Shown here piece by piece: positions 16,932-25,878 of a DNA stretch of 49,795 nucleotides (positions within the stretch are counted from its first letter, which is position 1; each line of letters starts with the position of its first letter). The notes below the pieces were generated by a model that saw nothing but the letters and a program-made list of their open reading frames with translations, had not been told where the DNA came from and made no database searches. A program made the translations under genes and the position numbers. The DNA is from a virus (Duplodnaviria; Caudoviricetes), in IMG/VR virus record IMGVR_UViG_3300035675_000010, positions 1-49,795 of that record. One strand, written 5' to 3'.

Positions 16932-19299
16932 ATGCGACGAGTGTTCCTTACAAACACAACCGTTCTGTCCGCCCTATATACCAGAGAAGGCTGAGATAGT
17001 CTTCGTGGGCGAAGCACCCGGTGCGAATGAGGTCCAAGAGGGTAAGCCATTTGTCGGTCAGTCAGGTAAACTTCTGGGAGCGGTATGCGAATCCGTTGGA
17101 CACGATTACGAGAAAGCACATCGCACCAACGTAGTATGTTGTCGTCCTGAAGGGAACAGAACGCCTACGACCTTTGAAGTCTCTTGTTGTTGGCCGCGAC
17201 TTCAAATGGAGCTGATTAAAGCACAGCCCCGCATAATTGTCGCGCTGGGTAAAACAGCCGCGGAGATTTTAATCGACGGGTACGAAATGTCACGACGAGG
17301 TACCTGGTTTGAATGGCGCGGTAAAGACTTGATCCCTACTTGGCATCCGGCTTATGTACTTCGGAAGCCTTCAGAGGTTTCAGCATTACAGCGTGACATA
17401 GGAATTGCATACGGCGGCCCACAACAACACATTCAGATCATTTACACAGCACCGGAGTATGAAGTGCTGCATAGCGGCAATGACATACTAAAGGTTCTAG
17501 ACGACAACGAAGGTGAAGTAACGTACGACCTAGAGACTAACAACGTCATATGGTATGATCGTCTTGACAGGCCAGCGAACAGTATCTTGATGATGCAGTT
17601 CACTACAGAGGGAGCAGGGAACAAAGGATGGGTTATTCCAGATGACGTGCTCTACGACGACTACGATGCTCAACACGCTTTAGAGGTCATGTTCGCGACA
17701 CGTAAGACTATAGGATACAATGCACAGTTCGATAATTGTTTCCTGCGCAATCAGCTGGGCATAAGTAACGCTCGTGTTGACTTTGACGGTATCTGTGCTA
17801 AGTACGCCATGGACGAAATACCTCCTCATGGTCTGAAACCTGTAGTGTTCAATCGATACGGTCTTCCTGATTACGAAAAGGACTTAGTACAGAAACACCT
17901 GAAGTCACGCAACGATGAATACTCCAAAGTACCATTCGAAGACTTAGCGCAGTACGGTGTCTGGGATGTAATTGCAACACGTACGCTTGCACAAGATCTT
18001 CGTGATGATCTAGTACGTGACGGATTGCTGGAGTGGCCGTTCAAACAGATTCTTATGCCAGCACAAGAGCTATTGACTACAATGGAGTTGCGAGGCGTGA
18101 TGGTTGATGTGCCGTACTTGCGTCAGGTACAAGAGTACATGGCAGTCGAGATGGAAAGGCTTACAGAGACTATGCGTTCAATGTCCAACAGAAAGGACTT
18201 GAATCCGAATGCTACAGGTCAGATTGCAGAAGTCTTGTGGGATGATCTTGGACTGCCAATTAACACCAAGACTCGTGTATACAAGCAGACACCGAGATCG
18301 ACGGCTCAAGAAGCTGTTGAGCATCTTGCAACGTTCAATCCTAAAACACATACACGTGTTCGTGAAGGAGATCCTTTCGTTGACGTGTTGATGGAGTATC
18401 GTAGAATTGCGAAGATGCAATCAGCGTATGTCAATAACATACTTGACTTCGTAGACATCAACGGCCGCGTGCATCCAAGCGGGAAAGTCTTTGGCACTGA
18501 GATCGGCAGGTTATCGTTTTCAGATCCCGCCATCCAAACAATACCAAGACCAGGGGACAAATACGGTGCGATGGTACGAGGGGCATTTATACCATCACCG
18601 GGAAATATGTTCGCTATGGCTGACTTCTCTCAAGGAGAGTTACGTATGTTTGCAGCTCTGTCAGGATCGCCGTTCTTGCTTGATGCATACGCTAATGACA
18701 GAGACATTCACGGAGAAGTCGCAGCTATCTTCTACGGCGATAACTTTACCAAGGAACATCGTGTGCACGCAAAGATGTTCGACTTCGCCTACATCTACGG
18801 TGGCAACGAGTATTCGTTCTCGCGAGACGCAGGAATGCCTCTCTCTGTTGCAACCAATCTAGTACGGAAGTTTGATGCCGCCATTCCAGAAGGTGCATCG
18901 TATCGTAAGAACCAATTTAAGCTTATGGTTAGTCAAGGATATGTTGATACCCGTTTTGGACGACGACGTCGAGCTCCCCTCATAACACAAGAGAATGCAG
19001 ATGAGATACGTAAGGAGAGTGTGCACTTTCCAGTTGCATCATCAACACACGACCTTACTTTATTGGCTGCAGTGCAGTTAGAGAAAGAGGGGATACCTGT
19101 TGTCATGGAGATTCATGACAGTATCATAGCCGATGTGCCAAAAGAAGATGCAGAAGGAGCCGCGCATCGCATCGGCGAAGTCATGCAGGACTTGGCAAAT
19201 AAATGGTTCCCAGAGGTCGTATGGAAGACAGACGCGGAAGCAAAGAGCAGATGGAGCGAGCCGCCAAACTTGTCGCAGACAGAGGACGAGCTTATCTAG
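16906..19299 (+). CDS. polA: Family A DNA polymerase with N-terminal family-4 uracil-DNA glycosylase domain
   Basis: UDG: CDEC, GEAPG, PFVG, CRP, HPA; exonuclease: DLET, YNAQFD, YGVWD; polymerase: DFSQGELR, AKMFDFAYIYG, IHDS. Confidence 0.95.
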   Translation: MTAKITYARCDECSLQTQPFCPPYIPEKAEIVFVGEAPGANEVQEGKPFVGQSGKLLGAVCESVGHDYEKAHRTNVVCCRPEGNRTPTTFEVSCCWPRLQMELIKAQPRIIVALGKTAAEILIDGYEMSRRGTWFEWRGKDLIPTWHPAYVLRKPSEVSALQRDIGIAYGGPQQHIQIIYTAPEYEVLHSGNDILKVLDDNEGEVTYDLETNNVIWYDRLDRPANSILMMQFTTEGAGNKGWVIPDDVLYDDYDAQHALEVMFATRKTIGYNAQFDNCFLRNQLGISNARVDFDGICAKYAMDEIPPHGLKPVVFNRYGLPDYEKDLVQKHLKSRNDEYSKVPFEDLAQYGVWDVIATRTLAQDLRDDLVRDGLLEWPFKQILMPAQELLTTMELRGVMVDVPYLRQVQEYMAVEMERLTETMRSMSNRKDLNPNATGQIAEVLWDDLGLPINTKTRVYKQTPRSTAQEAVEHLATFNPKTHTRVREGDPFVDVLMEYRRIAKMQSAYVNNILDFVDINGRVHPSGKVFGTEIGRLSFSDPAIQTIPRPGDKYGAMVRGAFIPSPGNMFAMADFSQGELRMFAALSGSPFLLDAYANDRDIHGEVAAIFYGDNFTKEHRVHAKMFDFAYIYGGNEYSFSRDAGMPLSVATNLVRKFDAAIPEGASYRKNQFKLMVSQGYVDTRFGRRRRAPLITQENADEIRKESVHFPVASSTHDLTLLAAVQLEKEGIPVVMEIHDSIIADVPKEDAEGAAHRIGEVMQDLANKWFPEVVWKTDAEAKSRWSEPPNLSQTEDELI

Positions 19300-19301
19300 T
19301 T

Positions 19302-19359
19302 AAGAGAAAGGCTCGACGAGTGCCACAGGTACAACTCTTTAGCAAGAATCTCGTCGAGC
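19302..19359 (-). terminator. Probable terminator of the late transcript
   Basis: GCTCGACGAG/CTCGTCGAGC 10-bp stem (long loop) followed by CTTTCTCTT on the - strand. Confidence 0.5.
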
Positions 19360-19378
19360 TAGATTTGTTATGTCTTGT

Positions 19379-19529
19379 GTTCGGAGGAAATCATTACCAC
19401 CACTTATCCGGGCGAACTTGGATGTTGCAAAGAAAGGTTGATGTGAGAAGGCTGGCAGAGATTGTAAGACCGTTTCTACAGGAGGGGCATCACTTACAAG
19501 ACCTCTACCAGCCTCCACAAACCCCGAAC
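19379..19529 (-). ncRNA. Candidate structured 3'-UTR RNA of the late operon
   Basis: Nested stems 19379-86/19522-29, 19450-60/19503-13, 19462-68/19493-99; mismatches become G-U pairs on the - strand. Confidence 0.5.
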
Positions 19530-19533
19530 GAAC

Positions 19534-19878
19534 CTAGTTCGGCGGTGGCAGAGCCTCATGAGCAATATTCCGTACGTGATAAACATAGTCTTGGTTAAGA
19601 GTCTCACTACCTGCGAAACCAGCCGTTACAATAACCTTACGAGCCTCACGATAGAGAGTGTCATCGAGAATGCGATTGTCGTCAGACGTCAACGTAATCT
19701 CAACACTAGATCCTGGAGTGAGGCTCGTTGAAGGAACAATTTCAATACTAGACGCAACATCCCAGATTCGGTACGTAACACTAGCGGGGATCTCAGGCGC
19801 ACCGGCTCTGTCGTAAAACTGAACGGTCAGCCATGCAGTTGATCCTTCGTTCACTTCGAATAGTACGTTTGCTGTCAT
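19534..19878 (-). CDS. Small Ig-like/BppU-like beta-sandwich virion protein
   Basis: VNEGSTAWLTVQFYD, VTYRIWD; beta-rich; last gene of late operon. Confidence 0.55.
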   Translation of the reverse strand: MTANVLFEVNEGSTAWLTVQFYDRAGAPEIPASVTYRIWDVASSIEIVPSTSLTPGSSVEITLTSDDNRILDDTLYREARKVIVTAGFAGSETLNQDYVYHVRNIAHEALPPPN

Positions 19879-22532
19879 ATCTCCACCTCATCTAATTCGA
19901 TAGTCATAGTTCGTTTTGTGCCACCTGTTGTTGCAGAGCGTTTACTAAATGCTCCAGTCTCTGAACGTCCTCTTGCCGCCGTAATCACAATCAATGCTAT
20001 AAGTGCTGTCCACGGGATTACTGCTACAGTCTCCGCTACGTAAATAGTCTCTGATACACTTATAGTAGGAGCAGATACAATTGTAACCACGGTCTCACCA
20101 ACTGTAATCAACTCCATGGTACTTATTGTCATCGTTTCAGAAGATGCCGGTGTGTCAGTTACATGAACAGATTCACTAACGCTAACATTTATGGCACCAG
20201 CTTCAGTTACCAAGACAGTCGGTACATCAGTAACGCTAACCGTTTCGCTGCGGCTAATGTTAGGCACACCGCTCATTGTTACTGCATCTGTTACCTGAAT
20301 CGTTTCGCTGGCGCTAGTTCCAATCGTGGGTCGAACTGTCGGCGTATCGGTTACACCAACTGACTCGGTCTTACTAATTGTTCTGATTACAGCAATCGTC
20401 GGAACGTCAGTTACACCAACTGACTCGACTTTACTTACCTTCTCAGTATCACCTACCGTAGTAGGTACGTCGACAACATTAATCGTCTCGTTGACGTTGA
20501 TATATAATCTACCTAATTCAGGTAGAACAATATTCGGAGAGTCCGTAACACCCACGTTCTGCATGACGTTGATGTTAGGAACACCACTCATAGCCGGAGC
20601 ATCGGTTACACCAATCGACTCACTTACGCTAATTGTAATCTGACCCAACTCAGGAAGGAATACAGTTGGAACATCGGTAACATCAACAGCTTCAGTTACG
20701 GAGACGTTAAGAAGTGTCTTATCTACGGTTGGAGCATCGGTAACACCAATTGATTCGGTCTTGCTAATGTTAGTTGGTCGTGAAAGCGCTGGAGTATCGG
20801 TAACACCAATCGACTCGGATTTACTAATACTAAGAAGTAACTTGTCGATCGTTGGAGCATCAGTGACGCCAATCGATTCGGTCTTCGAGATGTTAGTCGG
20901 TCGTATAAGAGTTGGAGTATCGGTTACCTGAATGCTCTCGGTTTTACTAATGTTAGGAACACCGCCCATAGCGGGAGTATCAGTGACTCCAACCCACTCA
21001 CTTACGTTAATTGCAATCTCGCCTAGAGCGGGGAGATACACGTTTGGCGTGTCGGTAACGTTTACAGACTCAGCCTTCGATATGCTAACTTGGAGTTTAT
21101 CGATAGTCGGCGTGTCTGCAACACCAATCGATTCGGTCTTGCTAACATTGAGAAGCAGTTTATCAACGGTCGGCACATCTGCAACGCCGATCGATTCGGT
21201 CTTACTGATGTTGAGAAGTGGCTTATCAACAGTTGGAGTATCTGTAACACCAATACTATCAGAAACAGATAGTTTGATTTCGACTACGACTTCTGGGTGG
21301 TCAGTAACAATAATCTCATCGTCGTAGTACCACGGGTAATCTGTTACTGCTACCGTATCGCTTACACTTACCGTCTGAGGAGGCTCTCCGCCCTCCTTTA
21401 CAACTATAGGAGCATCGGTGACATTGATCGACTCGCTTACAGATATATTGATTATCAGCTTGTCTACTGTCGGCACATCAGTGACGCCTGTAGATTCAGA
21501 AACACTAATCTGCTTAGCAGGAGTTAGTATTGTTGGAGTATCTGTAACGCCGACACTCTCGGTCTTGCTTACATCTATTTGTAATCTGTTAATAGTGGGA
21601 GTATCTACAAGAGCACTAACAGTATCGGATACGCTAATGTTCTTTGCGGGTGTAAGAATTGTTGGAGTGTCGGTTACTTGAATCGACTCGGAGCGGTTAA
21701 TATTAGGAACACCACCCATAGTCGGAGTGTCCGTGACACCAATCGACTCGGATATATTTATGTCTTTATCACCAGAAGGTGTTACAACAACTACCGTAGG
21801 ATGATCGGTAACAATAATAGTCTCAGAATACCATCGCGGACCTTCTGTTACTGCAACGGACTCACTAGAACTGGTAGATAAAGGTCCAGGAGGTCCAAGC
21901 TGAACGGTTGGCGTATCCGTTATAGCGCCAACAGTATCAGATACATCTATATTAGGTACGCCACCCATTGTCGGAGTATCTGTAACATTAACAGATTCAG
22001 AAACACTGACGGCAATTTTGGAGGCGGTAGCTCGTGGTGTATTAGTATAGGTGATGACATAGCTGGCATGGGTAACACGGATGTCTACGTAATCCCCATT
22101 CGCCATCTGAGCACTGTCTAACTGCAATGACCACTCGGTCTCAAATAGGTAACCGGCCGAACCAGAGTTTACACAGGCATTGTACTGGTCCTTCATTCCG
22201 TTGTTATCAGTCACGAAAGTGCCAGTACCTCCGGTAAGTTGGGTGGTGCAGTCTTCGTCGTTCCCAAAGTTGGAGGATGCAACTATCTTGACTGGCGTGC
22301 TATCCGTTACTGCCGCATACCCACCTGTGCCATTCTTTTGATACTGTAGGGTCCAGCTTTGGTTTGACCATGATCTGGAGTTGGTTTCATCCATCCTGAA
22401 GCGGACACGGAAGTTCTCATCCACATTGATAGTGGCGTTGGTGTTCTGTGCTTGCTTCCAGGTAGCGGTTGTTTCAGTGCCATTGTCGTTTCTAAGTCGG
22501 AATGTTATCTGGGTAAAGGCAGGAGAGGTCAT
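19875..22532 (-). CDS. 885-aa Ser/Thr/Val-rich repeat protein (putative virion fibre/stalk)
   Basis: About 30 copies of I(S/N)(V/K)(S/T)ES(I/V)GVTD(T/A/V)P after a ~170-aa globular N-domain; no signal peptide. Confidence 0.8.
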   Translation of the reverse strand: MTSPAFTQITFRLRNDNGTETTATWKQAQNTNATINVDENFRVRFRMDETNSRSWSNQSWTLQYQKNGTGGYAAVTDSTPVKIVASSNFGNDEDCTTQLTGGTGTFVTDNNGMKDQYNACVNSGSAGYLFETEWSLQLDSAQMANGDYVDIRVTHASYVITYTNTPRATASKIAVSVSESVNVTDTPTMGGVPNIDVSDTVGAITDTPTVQLGPPGPLSTSSSESVAVTEGPRWYSETIIVTDHPTVVVVTPSGDKDINISESIGVTDTPTMGGVPNINRSESIQVTDTPTILTPAKNISVSDTVSALVDTPTINRLQIDVSKTESVGVTDTPTILTPAKQISVSESTGVTDVPTVDKLIINISVSESINVTDAPIVVKEGGEPPQTVSVSDTVAVTDYPWYYDDEIIVTDHPEVVVEIKLSVSDSIGVTDTPTVDKPLLNISKTESIGVADVPTVDKLLLNVSKTESIGVADTPTIDKLQVSISKAESVNVTDTPNVYLPALGEIAINVSEWVGVTDTPAMGGVPNISKTESIQVTDTPTLIRPTNISKTESIGVTDAPTIDKLLLSISKSESIGVTDTPALSRPTNISKTESIGVTDAPTVDKTLLNVSVTEAVDVTDVPTVFLPELGQITISVSESIGVTDAPAMSGVPNINVMQNVGVTDSPNIVLPELGRLYINVNETINVVDVPTTVGDTEKVSKVESVGVTDVPTIAVIRTISKTESVGVTDTPTVRPTIGTSASETIQVTDAVTMSGVPNISRSETVSVTDVPTVLVTEAGAINVSVSESVHVTDTPASSETMTISTMELITVGETVVTIVSAPTISVSETIYVAETVAVIPWTALIALIVITAARGRSETGAFSKRSATTGGTKRTMTIELDEVEI

Positions 22533-22843
22533 TCAGATGCCTCCTTACGTACTTTACTTAGATCTTGATATGCTGCCTCGTGAATATGGTTGAAGGCATC
22601 GTTACTAATGGTTCTCCCAAAAAGTACCTTCTTACATCCTGGTGTTTGTAAGTAGTCCCATAAGCCAAACAGGTCGACTCCTGTCCATCCATCCTCTCGA
22701 AACTGCCATATGTAGTAATCGGAGTTCTCATGTAGATGCGGAAAGTCATGGCAGTCGACGATACAAATAACACCCAACGAGGGAGCATTATAGACATCTC
22801 CCTCGTACGTATAATTGCCGTCGTAGAATATTTTGAACGTCAT
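22529..22843 (-). CDS. Hypothetical protein
   Basis: ATGA-coupled on both sides. Confidence 0.75.
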   Translation of the reverse strand: MTFKIFYDGNYTYEGDVYNAPSLGVICIVDCHDFPHLHENSDYYIWQFREDGWTGVDLFGLWDYLQTPGCKKVLFGRTISNDAFNHIHEAAYQDLSKVRKEASE

Positions 22844-24213
22844 GGTGTGTAGATCTTCACTCCGGGTTGCGAGCTATTCTCAGGACTGATGTTAATATTG
22901 ATGTCGGTTTCTTCCCCTTCATATACTACAACCAGCTTAGGTCTCCATCCAGTAGTGCTATAGTCAGAAGACCAGACTCCCGGGTAACCAGTTGAACCCC
23001 ATCCGACAACACCGTAATTACCACTAACAAGCAAAGCAAAGTCTGTTAGACCAAGCACTATGTTATATTCTGTTCCCTCGGCATCGTCATTGTCTACGCC
23101 AAGGTCATATGTCCCCATTTTAGTTGCTGATAGATCTGTTCCTTCCGAGGAACAACCTGCGTCATCACCACCATCTGAGCCAACATCTCCAGCCCAACGA
23201 GTACTCGTTCCTTCATTTGCGTAATTCCACGTTGCTCGTTCTTCGGTCCATGCGCTGTTACCTGAATATATACGGTTGACATACATATATACTTGTCCCC
23301 ACCAAGTATCTGATGTATATCTATGAACGTACAAATTAGCATTGCCTATTGTCTTACCAACTAAACTTGTTAGGTCAAATTTCAAAAGAGCATGGGGTGA
23401 ATTGTAATCTCCAAGAGTTCCTGATAACTGTCTAAAATATAAAATTAAACTCGAACCCTGTTCGTCATCTGGATACTCCCACCAGACAAATGTGTCGTAG
23501 GCTGAATCAACATTTCCGCCATAACCATCTGTAAATGTCGGATCGACATAGATCGGGTAGATTGCGTCAGTTGTGTCTACTGACCATTCAATGTAAGTAC
23601 CGTCATAAGTTTGTGTTACAGGTATGATAATCTCATCTGGGATTGCTCCACAAAATGCTTTCGGTTTGTCGATATACCCCCACACCAGACCATCCGTAGT
23701 GCTTGTTAACTCTCCGGTTGTAGAGTTATAGATTAGCCCCGTAAAGGATATCGTAAAGCGAAGACGAGTATAGGCATTCGAGTTCTTTAGAATAAACTCG
23801 GTCTTTATTCGCTTCCATATGTTGGTTACAGAAGCGTACAGATTCGTCATGTCCCACTCAGTCTTATTATTCATCCAAACTGGAGTAGGCAGATTCAGAT
23901 TGCGCCAGCTATTACCATCCCAGTATTGCATTCCTGTTATATCTACGTACTCAGTAGATACATTACGCCTAGGGTACCAACGTCGATTGCCACCATTCCC
24001 CATTAAAATAGAATGGCGAGTCTTATCACACTTCTTATTGAAGCCCGGTGTGGTGTCATCAACGAAACTCTCGTCGACATCCTGCCATTCGTCTAGGTCA
24101 TCCTTGTAGTGCTGGTCGTGGATAGTAATAACGGCCTGAAACCTATTGGTATCAGCATCGTAGTAATGCTTTTCTTTTCTACCACGTCTTGATGTTACTT
24201 CAATGTATGCCAT
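22840..24213 (-). CDS. DNRLRE/CBM96-like domain protein
   Basis: YDTFV, ALLKFDL, ANLYV, WTEERATWN, RPKLVVVY; C-terminal GVKIYTP. Confidence 0.7.
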   Translation of the reverse strand: MAYIEVTSRRGRKEKHYYDADTNRFQAVITIHDQHYKDDLDEWQDVDESFVDDTTPGFNKKCDKTRHSILMGNGGNRRWYPRRNVSTEYVDITGMQYWDGNSWRNLNLPTPVWMNNKTEWDMTNLYASVTNIWKRIKTEFILKNSNAYTRLRFTISFTGLIYNSTTGELTSTTDGLVWGYIDKPKAFCGAIPDEIIIPVTQTYDGTYIEWSVDTTDAIYPIYVDPTFTDGYGGNVDSAYDTFVWWEYPDDEQGSSLILYFRQLSGTLGDYNSPHALLKFDLTSLVGKTIGNANLYVHRYTSDTWWGQVYMYVNRIYSGNSAWTEERATWNYANEGTSTRWAGDVGSDGGDDAGCSSEGTDLSATKMGTYDLGVDNDDAEGTEYNIVLGLTDFALLVSGNYGVVGWGSTGYPGVWSSDYSTTGWRPKLVVVYEGEETDININISPENSSQPGVKIYTP

Positions 24214-24220
24214 ATATCAC

Positions 24221-25213
24221 CTATGGAGTATATATTCGCACGCCGCGTTTGCGGGTAGTGTTGCTATCAATACAAATACCGAGTGCGGTTTCTCCTTCTT
24301 CTCCCATATTCGGTGTATCGTTGATATTGATTGTTTCAGTTACCGATAGCTCCAACTCACCCCATCCCTCAAAGTTATCTTCGACAACAAAAATCGTTTC
24401 GGATACAAAGATAGATAAAGCGACTAATACTGGAAGTTGAACAGTAGGTGTATCTGTCACACCAACTGACTGAGTTACGTTGACGTTCGGGACACCACCT
24501 ATTGTTGGAGTATCTGTAACGTCGACGGATTCGGTTACGCTGATACTCCGATCTGTTGATAGTGGTCCGATAGTGGTGTTATCATCTCTGATGACTAATT
24601 CATCTAAGTATATCGTTCCCGTTGAACTTGCGTTGTTTTGTACCTTGCCGAAATAATACCAATCGAATATACTGAAACGAGTATAGTTGCCAACAGTTGT
24701 TATTGACTCTTTTTGATCTCCATCAATCCAAAGAGTCAATATACCGTCATTAGAGCCATTACTTACTTCACGCTTTAGGTAGACCTCGACATAATGCGGA
24801 GCGTCTGTTATTGTATAAGTGGAAGTGGCAACAGTAGTTCCTTCGTCGTTTATTGTTTGAGCGTATATGTAATAAGTTGTGCCTGTTCTTTGTAATCTTA
24901 CAGATAAGACCCAAACACTAGCATTGTAACAATTGAGCGCAGTTACCATATCTCCAGAAACTATTGCTGCGCTATTAGGGTCTACATAGAATCTTGTCCT
25001 AATCATTCCCGATGTGTTTCCGATTGGGTAGTGGTATCCACTCCAATTGGAAGCATCATTCAACAAACAGGCCATACCGTAAGAAGACCCTCCCATAGCT
25101 GCACCAGCAGTTACAGTCAGGTCTCCATCGGTATTTATAATTCCACCATTGGGAGTGCCGGTCCACTGAGTGAAGTCGCCTGTCTCGAAAGTAATTTCGT
25201 AAAGTTTAGCCAC
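24221..25213 (-). CDS. ConA/LamG-like lectin-fold protein with four stalk repeats
   Basis: ITFETGDFTQW, HYVEV, DGILTLWIDG, IYLDELVI; repeats as in 19875..22532; C-terminal GVRIYTP. Confidence 0.7.
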   Translation of the reverse strand: MAKLYEITFETGDFTQWTGTPNGGIINTDGDLTVTAGAAMGGSSYGMACLLNDASNWSGYHYPIGNTSGMIRTRFYVDPNSAAIVSGDMVTALNCYNASVWVLSVRLQRTGTTYYIYAQTINDEGTTVATSTYTITDAPHYVEVYLKREVSNGSNDGILTLWIDGDQKESITTVGNYTRFSIFDWYYFGKVQNNASSTGTIYLDELVIRDDNTTIGPLSTDRSISVTESVDVTDTPTIGGVPNVNVTQSVGVTDTPTVQLPVLVALSIFVSETIFVVEDNFEGWGELELSVTETININDTPNMGEEGETALGICIDSNTTRKRGVRIYTP

Positions 25214-25878
25214 TATGCACCTATAGAAGAGCCGTCGTTATTAGCTTTCCAACTATCAAAATACATCGTTCCACTTATCGTGTAGGATGTAGATGCTCCT
25301 GCAGTGACACCCAATCTCGGAGTAGAAACACGGAATGTATCGTTATCAACCGCAGTAGTCGTCTTCTTTTCTACACCACCCACCCAAATTGTAAGAAATC
25401 CGTCATTTGCTCCAGGTGCAGACGATGCCTTCCAATCCATCTCAATATATTGTGGTTGGTCAAGGATACTAAAAGTACCTGAATATAAAGAAGTGTTATC
25501 GTCTTTGAAACAGTATGTGAATAGATAATATACACTTGATGAGCAGTACAAAACCACTTGGTATATTGGTCTTGCATAACTTCCTGCCTGAGCAATCACA
25601 ATATTTGTAGTATCAGAACAACTTATCGAGTTGGGGTCAAAGTAGAATCTTTGCCTAATACGGGTTTGTGGCTCGACATATCTTGCAAGAAATGCATGTC
25701 CAGCATAGTTTCCCAGTGTGGTTGTCCTGGGAGTAACAGCCATGCCATAACCACCAACTAGAGCGGCAGATGCAGAAACAGCAATCGTACCTCCGGAACA
25801 CCTAACATAGTTTCCGAGGTTGCCTATATCGGGAATAAACTTCTGGTCTTCAAATGTGATATCAAATAATGTTGTCAT
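25213..25878 (-). CDS. ConA/LamG-like lectin-fold protein (paralog of 24221..25213)
   Basis: DITFED, RFYFDPNS, QYIEMDW, NDGFLTIWVGG, MYFDSW. Confidence 0.7.
   Translation of the reverse strand: MTTLFDITFEDQKFIPDIGNLGNYVRCSGGTIAVSASAALVGGYGMAVTPRTTTLGNYAGHAFLARYVEPQTRIRQRFYFDPNSISCSDTTNIVIAQAGSYARPIYQVVLYCSSSVYYLFTYCFKDDNTSLYSGTFSILDQPQYIEMDWKASSAPGANDGFLTIWVGGVEKKTTTAVDNDTFRVSTPRLGVTAGASTSYTISGTMYFDSWKANNDGSSIGA

Noticed and set aside
19203-19598. Plus-strand 131-aa ORF across the convergence region
   Set aside because: Overlaps both flanking genes, has no recognisable motif, and the region is better explained by RNA structure
19875-22000. CRISPR-like or DGR repeats in the DNA
   Set aside because: Repeats are in-frame peptide repeats with synonymous variation; no reverse transcriptase or adenine-specific TR/VR pair was seen
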